Both the position numbers and the translations under genes were made by a program. A stretch of 63,678 nucleotides of DNA, the filler included, from Licmophora abbreviata (Eukaryota): assembly GCA_900291995.1 (NCBI GenBank). It is 12 parts of 12 records of this genome, joined end to end, with 100 filler letters (N's around TTAATTAATTAA, not from the genome) between each part and the next. Parts side by side here need not be neighbours in the genome. Positions count along the whole stretch, not along the records: positions 12,476 to 30,094 come from OLMU01001654.1; positions 30,195 to 34,160 come from OLMU01001655.1; positions 34,261 to 39,171 come from OLMU01001657.1; 9 more parts are not named here. One strand, given 5' to 3'. Of this stretch, positions 25,208 through 34,933 are shown one piece after another. A model generated the notes under the pieces. The model had not been told where the DNA came from, did not search any database, and saw nothing but the letters and a program-made list of their open reading frames with translations. Every line of letters starts with the position of its first letter. The first letter of the stretch is position 1.

Positions 25208-25497
25208 GCCTCTGAGGTTGAAGGTGTCGCCGCATCCCGTTCCAAAATCCAAGTAAAAATATGTGTCAATGGTCAAAACTTCAAACTTTTGACATTTCGA
25301 TGTAAAATTACGATAAAAATCGATTGATTCTATTCGATATGGTGAGCCGACGGCATGGTAGCCTACATGATGGCCCACAAAGACGACCAAAGTATGATAC
25401 AAGTACATTTCTGCCTAGCTAGAGTAGACGAGTTACCCTGAGTACCTCACCTTTATCGACAAGGATCGCACAGGCTTGAACACGTGCTCTTGTAGAG

Positions 25498-27183
25498 TTA
25501 CTTCATTTGGGTCTTGATCTTTCGGTAGGCATCGGTGATTATCTTCGATCGCTCGGTCGATCGCTCCTTCTCGGCTTCCGTCGCGCTTGCCTGCACGTCT
25601 GGATGGTGCTTCAACATTTCCCTACGAAATGCGGCAGAAACCTCAGCTTTGGTTGCCCCGCGGCGAATGCCGAGTACTGAATACGGATCGTTCGGGTCAA
25701 AATCCCACTTGTATTCTGGTTTGGGTTTCGCACGAGGACGTTGCTGACGTTGTTGTTGTTGCTGTTGTTGTTGCTGTTGCTGTCGACCACTACCATAAGA
25801 ATCCTGTTGATGTTGCTGCTGCTGGCGCGTTTGCTGCTGTTCATACTGCTGGCGCGCCCAAGCCTCCCATTGTTCATACCAATTGTACTCTCCTTGTTCG
25901 TGCTCGAACTCACCACTCAAATGGCGTAGGATGCGAGCACGGTTCATCCGGAAATATTGCCGCGCCGCACCGGCATCGGTGAAATCATCCTCCCTTTCCA
26001 AGCCCTCTTTAAGAATTGCCTCGTTCTCCCGCTGACGTTCCCATTCAGCCGATGCATAGCGCTCGTCGACCCAAGGCTGCACAATCTTCCGAAAGCCGAC
26101 AAAGGCACCGCCAAGGAGCCCAACGATCGGAATTCGAGCGAGAAGACGCGTCGCGAGATTCCCGACGAAGTGAAGCACAAACGCGAGTAGACTCAACCCA
26201 TTCCGATTTCCAAATATACGAAGGAGACCCCTCTGAACGTCGTTACTTGAAAGCGTCCCCAAAAACGTATGCCTCGCTCGGTCTATGTCCTGCGACGTAG
26301 AGCTCGACCACACTGCGTGGGATATGCCAGAAACGGCAGCGCCAGAATCGCAACCACTCACGAACGCCTTGTAGTCGGCTCCGAGCACAGAGTAGTCAAT
26401 CACATACGTGGGCATGTAAACACGTCGCGCCGAAATAACCTCCGTCTCAACAGTGACCTCTCCAGGAGCGTCTTGCGCCATTGCCTCCAGTTCGTCTCGC
26501 AACACGGCGAACGCTCTTCCTCTCGTGGCATTCCAGGGATCGGGAAAGACTTCGAGACGGGTACCGTCGGTCAGTTTCATATCGCGGAGCATCCATTTTC
26601 CAAAGGGAACGGTTTGGTCGCCCATAAACACCAAGGTCGTATTGTGTACCGGATTGATAAGAGAGCGGCGATACGTATACCCTGCGTACGTGGAAAGGCC
26701 TGGCAGATGAACGACTGGCTGATTCTGGTACGCCTGAAGAATTTCTGGCTTCCACCCGTAGGTGCGCACCCCCTCCTTTGAAATTAATTCAAAGCGAACA
26801 TTGACGTCAAACGACCAGACTGGCGCATAGACAGCTGTGATCCGGATGGAGTTCTCCCGCATGAGATAGTTCAGGCCCTGGTCATCGACCGTCCAACGAT
26901 GAAAGTCATTCAGCGCTTGTTCAGGCGAGATTGAGAATTTGAGCGCATCCAGCTTGAATCTAGAGTCCCCACTTCGACCAGAGACATATCGACGCTGCTT
27001 GCAGTGGACAGAAAAGAAGCTCAGTTGCTGCATGGATCTACAAGTGGCGCCGGCGGGGCAGCGGCAGATCAAAGTTGACACTGGGCGAAGGTCTGGGAGG
27101 GAAGATTGATGCGACAGTCGTCGTTTCACGCCTGTGCAGCTTGCGAGTCGCCCCATATACGATGCGACCGTCTTAGGTACCAT
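25498..27183 (-). CDS. DnaJ-domain protein (C-terminal J domain, TM segment, poly-Q linker), likely organelle-targeted
   Basis: DPYSVLGI..VSAAFRREMLKHHPD..IITDAY J domain. The N-terminus is Arg/Ser-rich. Confidence 0.8.
   Translation of the reverse strand: MVPKTVASYMGRLASCTGVKRRLSHQSSLPDLRPVSTLICRCPAGATCRSMQQLSFFSVHCKQRRYVSGRSGDSRFKLDALKFSISPEQALNDFHRWTVDDQGLNYLMRENSIRITAVYAPVWSFDVNVRFELISKEGVRTYGWKPEILQAYQNQPVVHLPGLSTYAGYTYRRSLINPVHNTTLVFMGDQTVPFGKWMLRDMKLTDGTRLEVFPDPWNATRGRAFAVLRDELEAMAQDAPGEVTVETEVISARRVYMPTYVIDYSVLGADYKAFVSGCDSGAAVSGISHAVWSSSTSQDIDRARHTFLGTLSSNDVQRGLLRIFGNRNGLSLLAFVLHFVGNLATRLLARIPIVGLLGGAFVGFRKIVQPWVDERYASAEWERQRENEAILKEGLEREDDFTDAGAARQYFRMNRARILRHLSGEFEHEQGEYNWYEQWEAWARQQYEQQQTRQQQQHQQDSYGSGRQQQQQQQQQQQRQQRPRAKPKPEYKWDFDPNDPYSVLGIRRGATKAEVSAAFRREMLKHHPDVQASATEAEKERSTERSKIITDAYRKIKTQMK
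25750..25782 (-). repeat. CAA/CAG trinucleotide repeat encoding poly-Gln
   Basis: tgttgttgttgctgttgttgttgctgttgctg tract within the DnaJ gene. Confidence 0.8.
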
Positions 27184-27413
27184 CGAGACGATTCAATTCG
27201 AGTACGTGAATCATAAGATCAAGATCGTCTCGACATCATGGTTGTGAGTTTTGTGCTGATGATGAGATGTCGAGATGAAAATGGTCTATTTCTGCCAAAA
27301 CTAGAAAGTCAAAATGTTGAGGTTTTACTGCTTTAGTAGATTCAAATTAGCAGGTTTTGAATTGCTACGTAGGCTTCAGTATTACATCTACGTTGTCAGA
27401 TGGAGGAAGAAGT

Positions 27414-27447
27414 TTTCCCGCCAAAATTGAAATCAAATTGGCGCGCG
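27414..27447 (+). promoter_or_regulatory. E2F-like site TTTCCCGCCAAA plus a nearby TTGGCGCG
   Basis: Same 12-mer as at 3858-3869 and same orientation relative to its downstream gene, about 100-140 nt upstream of ATG 27531/27564. Confidence 0.45.
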
Positions 27448-27530
27448 GAGTGGTCGAAGTTGCTTGCTAACTCTCTCGATTGTCGTCACGTTCTCTCCTT
27501 TCTCGTTGCCATCATATATACCCGGTATGC

Positions 27531-29107
27531 ATGTTGCAGTGCCATTTCATCGAACAAGACCACATGAACATGAAGCAGCTGGGGTCGTTTACACTGCGTC
27601 CCTCCAGTGCGTTCTCTGCTTACACTGATGGGAACGGCGAGATCGATAGTTCAGAGTCACTGCCGCAGTCGCTCGTAGTGTCGGGCACGGTCCTATCGGA
27701 TTTTCAGGGGAGCGACCGTCGATCAGTCGACCCCGAAGCTGGCTTGGGTATTCGGGCCTCCCCATTCGAACCGCTGGTGCACGATCGCAACCTTCCGAAA
27801 TCGGGTACAATCTCGCCGCTGAACGTGGAAGAGTACAAAGCTTGGAGGCACCGAGGGACACGTTCCCGCGCGTATGTCGGCATCCACAATGTGACAGATA
27901 CGGGACCGAGGCAGGATGGCGATGAAGGACTCGCCCCGTCGCATCACTTTCTTCCCACCAACTCCCATCTCATACCTGTCTCTGTTGACCGAAACGACGT
28001 CGATGCGGAGACTTGGAAACTTCGGTATCTTCAATCGGAAATGGCTCGCACCGAGGTGCGCACATCAATGGTGTCATTGATGGAGGAAAAGCGAAAGCTT
28101 CGAGTACAACTCATCGAAGCAGAGGCCCAGCTGCATCATCAACTGGAAAAGAGAAGTTTCCTCCATAGTGAAATTCCCCATGATGAAGGATGGCGGCCAG
28201 TATCGACTGGATGCGATGCTAGGACTGAGATTGGTACGACCGACTTGCCTGGAATCGATTCGTCTTCGGGAGCTCACGACAAGGAGTCCCCAGTTCCCAT
28301 CGAGGCCCGCAAGCATGGCAGCGGGGCGATTTATGCTAATCCCAAACGTGGTAGTCGATTGTCGACAAGCTCCGATCGTCTGAGCGGGGAGTTTGCTCCG
28401 CTCGATTGCAACGACGGCACTGACGCACTGCCAACATTCCTCTTGCCCGGCGCTGAAGATACTTCGAAAGAAGAATCTCCGTACCTAGATCAGTGACATT
28501 TGTTGATGAGGTCGCATCTTATCGACCTCCGGAAGGCGAATGTGAACCTGAATCTTCAATCAATGGTTCGGCTTACATGCGCGCCAACTCAAGCCCGCGC
28601 CATCAGGCATCGCAGGCTGCAATATCTCAAAGGGAGGAGGAGCACCAAGAACAGCTGCGACCAGGGCAAGCTTCGCCAGAAGAAGACACGGTGAAGAAAA
28701 TATCACTGGTAAATAGCGTGGCAACTCGCAGCCGCGGAGCGATGCAAGCGAGTGGTGTGCTGCCCGTGGAGAAACGGCTGACAAGGAGTCGAGCGAAGGT
28801 GCTGAAGGAAGCAATGCCTCCACGCGCGATAACTGTACCCTCCAAGAAGAACGAGAGTGACATCACAAGCCCTGCAACGAATGGTGCTAAGCCAAGGCGT
28901 CGCATCAGTATTGGCGGCATGACCTTCACACCGCTCCTCTCGAATGACGGAAGTCAAGAAGAGAACGCATCTGATGCTGCCAAGTCATCCAAGGTCCAGG
29001 AGAGGGAGCAGAAGACGAAGAGAGACCCACACAGGAGAAAGAGAAAGTCGCTTCGGAACTCGTTCCAGGCGCCGGTCCTCCGACAGAGGACGCGAAATAG
29101 AGCTTGA
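27531..29107 (+). CDS. Low-complexity protein with one coiled coil and a basic C-terminal motif (possibly shugoshin-like); frameshift at ~28490
   Basis: ORFs 27480-28496 and 28493-29107 abut in a -1 relationship (GAT CAG TGA / GTG ACA TTT) and have similar composition. No intron signals at the junction. Confidence 0.5.
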
Positions 29108-29194
29108 GAATTGTGGATGTTCTTGCAGTGATGTCTCGAAAGCCATAAAGTCTATGTATGAGTCACCATAAGTATGTCTATGTCAGAGTCTCTT

Positions 29195-30352
29195 CTATGT
29201 TACTGCTGGGATGTCAGCATTTAGTAAAGTATCAATGTCGTCGTCGGTCAGTCTGTGTATTCTCACTTGGGTACACCCTTCGCACTCATCATCGTCATGC
29301 AGTAGCTTCGTCGCCTGAATCGACGCAACTTGACGATCGTCCACATAGAGCAACCCATTCAACGAGTCCAAGACAAACTTCGCAAGATTATCTACGTCAG
29401 TTCTTGATGGACTCAGTCGCGGCGGCGCCCCGTCACGCAGTCTACCTGGACCCGGTTTGCTATTTACAAAGTGCTTCTTGGGTCGTTTCATGTAAAAAAC
29501 AAGCGAAATAGCGAGCTGTTCCTCTTCCGAGAATAGAGGTTCATGATTTTCCAATTCCCACGCGATATCTGGCCAGACCAGTCGATGGACAACTTGGCGA
29601 AATGCCTCTTGGAATGCCGACGATGGATTGTACATGAATCCACGCGCAGTTCGGTGTCTCCGCAGCGGCCTCGGGTTGCCTCTCACTTGAAAGCCTACAG
29701 AGCTTGCCTGCTCATTATGTGCGTACTCTAGCCAAAACGTATCTGTTCCATTGAGCCAGTATGCAGGAGCATCTACTGCGGCGGTGGACTTTCGTTTCCT
29801 TGGCGTCCTTGGCTTCGTCTTCGTTCCCGGCGGCGCGTGTGTATCTGCTGGAGGGTTCCTGTTTGGACGTGTTGTTCTCCTAGTTGACGCAATGGTGTCA
29901 TTGAGTAGCTGAGTGTCCCCTGTTTCGTCCCCCGTGACGCTCAATGATACAGTCCATCGGCCCTCGTGATGTCGGCCTGTGTTGCTGAACGCAGGACGAA
30001 GTGCGCGACGCTCCCCGAATAGTGAGAGCGACGACGAGCCCAGCGCGCTGCCAAGTAGCCAAACGCAGCTTGCGATAAGCCTCACTTTTCTTCCNNNNNN
30101 NNNNNNNNNNNNNNNNNNNNNNNNNNNNNNNNNNNNNNTTAATTAATTAANNNNNNNNNNNNNNNNNNNNNNNNNNNNNNNNNNNNNNNNNNNNCTCAAT
30201 GATACAGTCCATCGGCCCTCGCGATGTCGGCCTGTGTTGCCGAACGCAGGACGAAGTGCGCGACGCTGCCCGAATAGTGAGAGCGACGACGAGCCCAGCG
30301 CGCTGCCAAGTAGCCAAACGCAGCTTGCGATAAGCCTCACTTTTCTTCCCAT
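29195..30352 (-). CDS. rusA: RusA-family Holliday junction resolvase with an N-terminal signal/transit-like extension; the start codon lies on the next, overlapping contig (ATG at 30352)
   Basis: FQVRGNPRPLRRHR..MYNPS, LAISLVFYMKRP, and TDVDNLAKFVLDSLNGLLYVDDRQV (RusA DxDNxxK...DD catalytic signature). 29940-30094 is duplicated at 30195-30349. Confidence 0.88.
30095..30194. other. Artificial contig spacer between overlapping contig ends
   Basis: N44-TTAATTAATTAA-N44, flanked by a 155-nt duplication. Confidence 0.97.
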
Positions 30353-30656
30353 CACATCTAGTCGTCGCTTCAATCAGTCAGACGGTAAATTAGAGAGAGA
30401 AGGGAGACAGACAGTTGGATTGTATTGGCCATCGTCGTCGACGGCATCACGGCCATTAGCTTTTCTCAACATCCTAGAGCGTGAAATGTGGGTTCGGCGA
30501 CCGCGAACTCAGACAGAATCGCATCGTATCGTATCGTATCGTTTCGGCGAGGACAAGATGACGATGATGAGAATAGCCGTTAGCGTCGCCGTTGTTGAAG
30601 CAAATCCCTCGTCGCTTTGTGCCTTTCCACAATGAGAACTCTCTCTTGACAGAATC

Positions 30657-31478
30657 ATGTTGTTAGTTCCAGAGATTTCAATAGCACGCCAGTTCCTGCC
30701 GGTAGTTGCACGTCAAGCTTCCGCGGATGGGTGGATCAGCAGCCGCGGCAGCAGCTGGACCCCTGTAGGCAAGTTTGCTATCCATCGCGTGTACTGCATT
30801 GGGCGCAACTATCGGGAGCATGCGATTGAAATGGGTGCGGATCCTGACCGGGAACCTCCTTTCTTCTTTCAAAAGCCGGCATCGGCCGTGGTGGACACAA
30901 TGAACGAAAAGCTCACGGACCTGACACCCTACAAGACTGTACCATATCCGCCCATGACGAACGATCTACAGTACGAAGGTGAGCTTGTGGTAGCGATTGG
31001 AAGCAAAGGAGAGAATTTGACTATTGAGGACGCGCAATCATGTATATTCGGATATGCCGTGGGGTGTGACTTGACGCGACGCGATCTGCAGTCCGAAGCG
31101 AAGAAGATGTCTCGACCGTGGGACACCGCGAAGGGGTTCGATGCCAGTGCACCGTGTGGACCGATCGTACCCAAGGCCGATGCCGGTCTAACAGGGGATT
31201 CGAAGCTAGTTCTCAAAGTCGGGACAGTTGTCAAACAGGAGGGAACGCTTGAACAGCTCATTTGGTCCATATCCGAAACGATTTCGTGCTTGTCGAGATA
31301 CTTCACTTTGGTGCCGGGAGATCTCATCATGACTGGCACGCCCGCGGGCGTCGGGACGCTGAACGTGAATGACACGGTCCATGTGTCGTGTGGCGAGCTT
31401 CCCACCTGCGACTTCACTATCGGCCCTCGGGAGCATGCAAAGAAGAAACGAGTCGATGATGAGTTGAAGGTGCCTTAA
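30657..31478 (+). CDS. Fumarylacetoacetate hydrolase family protein (FAHD1/NagK/YcgM-like acylpyruvate hydrolase)
   Basis: RVYCIGRNYREHAIEMG..REPPFFFQKP, YEGELVVAIG, DLTRRDLQ, PWDTAKGFD and GDLIMTGTPAGVG. Confidence 0.9.
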   Translation: MLLVPEISIARQFLPVVARQASADGWISSRGSSWTPVGKFAIHRVYCIGRNYREHAIEMGADPDREPPFFFQKPASAVVDTMNEKLTDLTPYKTVPYPPMTNDLQYEGELVVAIGSKGENLTIEDAQSCIFGYAVGCDLTRRDLQSEAKKMSRPWDTAKGFDASAPCGPIVPKADAGLTGDSKLVLKVGTVVKQEGTLEQLIWSISETISCLSRYFTLVPGDLIMTGTPAGVGTLNVNDTVHVSCGELPTCDFTIGPREHAKKKRVDDELKVP

Positions 31479-31486
31479 CGTCCTCC

Positions 31487-32653
31487 TTATGACATTGGGT
31501 TGTACTTTGGAAGTTTGCCGAGATACCCGGTCGCAGCCATCATTTCGTGTCCCATCATTATGATCTCCATACTTTCGTCGAACTCTTTCATGGCTGCCTT
31601 GACAATATCGTGAAGACCCGCACCTAACGCCGCCTTTCGTATTTCCGGCAGTCGGGGATTTGGAGATTCTGGCACATCTCGGAGAATATCAAACAAGACA
31701 GCTATGCCATGCCGTGCAACTTCCAGCGAGTCGGGTACGTTCTTTAATGTTTGAAGAATTGTTTGCATCCCACTCAAGCGGAGCAATCGATTCTTGTTGA
31801 CGGGATGGTCGTAGCACAGAGCAAACGTTGCCCATAGAGACCAGTTGGCCACGTCTTCGTGATATCGATACCATCTCACAGCATCCAGTACACAGTCAAG
31901 ACCTTGCTCGTCAACGACTAGAGTAGCCATTTCCTTATCGCCATCCGCAAGAGCACCCAGAAGCAAACATCCCTTACGCTGCAAGTCTGCCGATTGTTGT
32001 TCGACCTCAATCGATGGCTCCGATTCTTCCGACTTGGCTCGGTTCAATGCTCGCTGCATCGCTTCTATCGGAAGATTCAATCCATAGATGTCCGCCTCCT
32101 GCAAATGTCGCTCTCGTACTTTTTCATCCTTTGCCACAAGGGCCAACAAGGAGAGAGCTGCAGCGACGGCTTCATCATGATTGGGGTGCAATCGAAACAC
32201 AATGTAAGCTGCTTCCTGACATAAAAGTTCTAGGTCGTGTTCGGCATGTTTGGGCGTCAAATCCCGATCTGCGCGGCGCCGTTCCTTTGCAACCTTTTTC
32301 GCCAAGGCTTCTAGAGCCAGAGTGCACTGGGAGCGACGAGTCTCGACCTCGTCATCATCCATCACCGATGATGTCGACGGCGACGACGAGTCAGCATCAT
32401 TCTGTGTGACTGTTCGTTCCATATCAGACAAGCCCTCCACGACATCCATCGCATCCATCACGTTGTATCGTATTTCGTCCTTATCCTTTTGTTCAATTTG
32501 ATCCATCGCGTTGCACAGTGCCAACGACAGGCCCAACAGAATCAACATGACGGCCAGCATCCAGCGACCGGAAAGCATCATGGGCAGCCCAAGCAACATG
32601 AGGCAAGAAGACGCAGTGATGCTCCCATCCTTGTTCACAAAGAGACTGCTCAT
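31487..32653 (-). CDS. Membrane-anchored armadillo-like repeat protein
   Basis: N-terminal hydrophobic hairpin, then helical repeats (LQRKGCLLLGALA; VANWSLWATFAL; VARHGIAVL). The ORF is open further upstream to 32818. Confidence 0.65.
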   Translation of the reverse strand: MSSLFVNKDGSITASSCLMLLGLPMMLSGRWMLAVMLILLGLSLALCNAMDQIEQKDKDEIRYNVMDAMDVVEGLSDMERTVTQNDADSSSPSTSSVMDDDEVETRRSQCTLALEALAKKVAKERRRADRDLTPKHAEHDLELLCQEAAYIVFRLHPNHDEAVAAALSLLALVAKDEKVRERHLQEADIYGLNLPIEAMQRALNRAKSEESEPSIEVEQQSADLQRKGCLLLGALADGDKEMATLVVDEQGLDCVLDAVRWYRYHEDVANWSLWATFALCYDHPVNKNRLLRLSGMQTILQTLKNVPDSLEVARHGIAVLFDILRDVPESPNPRLPEIRKAALGAGLHDIVKAAMKEFDESMEIIMMGHEMMAATGYLGKLPKYNPMS

Positions 32654-33050
32654 GGTCACTGCTACCAATAAGACTATTTCGATGCTGAGTAATATGATTC
32701 TCTTGGAGCCAACATCATGCAGCGACGAGAAGCGTGGCGTCACACCGGCGTCGTCATGGTGGCCGCGGTCGTGATGGTGCCGCGGGTCTCCCGTCTGTCT
32801 GTCTGTCTTCCAATGCAAGGCTCAAAATCTGCATTTTGAATTTGCAGGCGTCAAGGCCACTCACTCATTTGCACGCCTACACGCTCTCACGATGAGACGC
32901 GACAATGGCACACACTCACTCATCACCACCGCATCAGTTGACACTCACACCGCAATGACGAAAATAGTAAGGGAGGCAAATGACTGAGGTCTTCTCCGCC
33001 GCCACGTACAGCAGAGTCGCTGTGGAATCGATAAGAACACCCCGAGAACC

Positions 33051-33512
33051 ATGTCTTTGCAACCGGAGGATGAAAATATTCGTCTTGCCATCCGTGAGAT
33101 GAGCCAGCCAATTTCCTCCAAAGGGGATACTCCTCCACAGGAAGCAATGCCAGAAGCCACAGAGGCGACTCCCAATCCGTCAACGTTTGCGTGTAAGAAG
33201 AAGGACGCAGAAGTGCGGACCGCTCGGAAAGAAGCCACGCAGCGTACTCTTGTCGGCATTGAAATCAAGCCGTATGACGTGGAACAGGATCTCATGGCCT
33301 TGTGGAAAAACATTACAACAGAAATAAAACAGGAGGGGCTCAAGTGGGGTCAAAACTGTACACTGGTACCTGTGGCGTACGGAATCAAGAAAATCCAAAC
33401 AACCTTCACCATGGGCGTCAACAACAGTTCGGACGACGTGCAAGATGCCATCACAGAGGCCTACGAAGAGGAGGTTCAAAGTGTTGAAATAACGACGATG
33501 AATGCGTTGTAA
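33051..33512 (+). CDS. eEF1B-alpha/beta-type guanine nucleotide exchange domain protein, short and divergent
   Basis: IEIKPYD...EGLKWG...LVPVAYGIKKIQ...EEEVQSVEITTMNAL matches the EF1_GNE domain. An in-frame stop lies upstream at 32985-32987. Confidence 0.85.
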   Translation: MSLQPEDENIRLAIREMSQPISSKGDTPPQEAMPEATEATPNPSTFACKKKDAEVRTARKEATQRTLVGIEIKPYDVEQDLMALWKNITTEIKQEGLKWGQNCTLVPVAYGIKKIQTTFTMGVNNSSDDVQDAITEAYEEEVQSVEITTMNAL

Positions 33513-33628
33513 ATTCAAATTCATAAAGTAGACTGCTCATGCAAGTGTATGAGATATGCCTGACTGTGAACATAAACGTGACCAGCGGCTTCAAGTGGTG
33601 AAAGGTATCATCGTCCGTTTTAACAAAT

Positions 33629-33904
33629 CTATTTCTGGTTCTGGGCGTTGCTCATACTTTTCCACATACTTCCCGCCATCTTTTCCCCTTTCGATGCTTG
33701 TTCCTTTTCGTGCGCAGCTTGCTGCTGTTTCATGTATTCTCGCATCTCCTTCCGGACGGCTTCGGGGGCCTCGGCCTCCTCAAACATGCCTCTGACTTTA
33801 TCGCGATCCGCAATAAAGGGAAGGTAAATTTCGCCAAAAGCAACCGCTGCTACTGTGACAGCTGTCACGCCGACAACCAGCTTTCTACCATCAAGGCGAG
33901 TCAT
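33629..33904 (-). CDS. Small single-TM hypothetical protein (91 aa)
   Basis: ATG-initiated ORF with a TM segment (LVVGVTAVTVAAVAFGEIYLPF) and a charged tail ending GSMWKSM. Confidence 0.6.
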   Translation of the reverse strand: MTRLDGRKLVVGVTAVTVAAVAFGEIYLPFIADRDKVRGMFEEAEAPEAVRKEMREYMKQQQAAHEKEQASKGEKMAGSMWKSMSNAQNQK

Positions 33905-34160
33905 GTTATCAATGGATTGGTTCTATCACGAGCGTATCCTTTCAATGCTGCGGTCCACAAGTGTTGTGACGTCGTGTGGGCTTTGCTCGGCTGAAAAGTC
34001 GTGTCGAACGGACCAAGATGTTTAAGAAAAATAATTGCTCCTCTGTTTTGAGAAGCTTGACTGACTCTGATGGAGATGCAATGCAGCGAAAGAGAAAGCT
34101 ATAATGCAGAACAGTGGGTCGCGATCAGACAACAAGGCACAGTCGCCATTCTTGTTCGCG

Positions 34161-34260
34161 NNNNNNNNNNNNNNNNNNNNNNNNNNNNNNNNNNNNNNNN
34201 NNNNTTAATTAATTAANNNNNNNNNNNNNNNNNNNNNNNNNNNNNNNNNNNNNNNNNNNN
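34161..34260. other. Artificial contig spacer
   Basis: N44-TTAATTAATTAA-N44. Confidence 0.97.
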
Positions 34261-34933
34261 AATCTTCGCTCGCTGCGTCCCTATCTGATGGTAGAAGCAG
34301 ATTGTGTATCACTCTTGTAGCCAAGCCAGTCGCAAACTTGGCCATCTTCCCTGGACCAAGTGTCTGTAGTCGTGTAACTCTCTCCTTCTCGCTGGCATCG
34401 AGGGCTTTGTAGGCGGCGGTTTCCTCCTTCATGGTGTTATACTCCAGATTAGGCGATACACATTCGATAACGACAGGTGTGCACTGCGCACTAAGAGCTT
34501 CGGCGAATGATCGAATCATCGCAACGTCTTCGGACGATTCAATCCCACAGCCGACAGCTATAGCAGAAACACCAGGAAATACAGGCGGGACGCTTCGTTC
34601 GGTCTCGTTTTCGTCTTGTGTTTCAAAGAATGATGCCAAACTCGATCCCTTATCCTTCCCCTCCGGGCCGTGGTACTCCACACTCGCGAGATACCGAACT
34701 GAGTCTCCTTGCTCATTCGAGTACGCCCCGAACGTTGCGACACATGGAAGATATGTAATTGCGACATTGTATTCTCGACCGGTATCTTCGACGCGACACG
34801 ACTTTGCGGATGCATCATCCGCACCATCAGCAAGTAGCAACGACACGACTTTGGCTACTCTCGGACGCTGGGCTCCGACCACCGCGATTCGCACCTCGTG
34901 CAATGCAAGTCCGTCAATCACATTCTTAGGCAT
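34261..34933 (-). CDS. Hypothetical protein, 3'-truncated by the gap
   Basis: ORF of more than 220 codons with globular-protein composition, running into the spacer. Confidence 0.6.

Noticed and set aside
30143..30373. Second RusA-like ORF as a gene duplicate
   Set aside because: It is the overlapping end of the next contig (alternative haplotype) and supplies the missing start codon.
29195..31478. Prophage or bacterial contamination suggested by RusA and the FAH gene
   Set aside because: Both are contiguous with eukaryotic genes, have similar composition, RusA has a eukaryotic-type leader, and no other phage genes are present.
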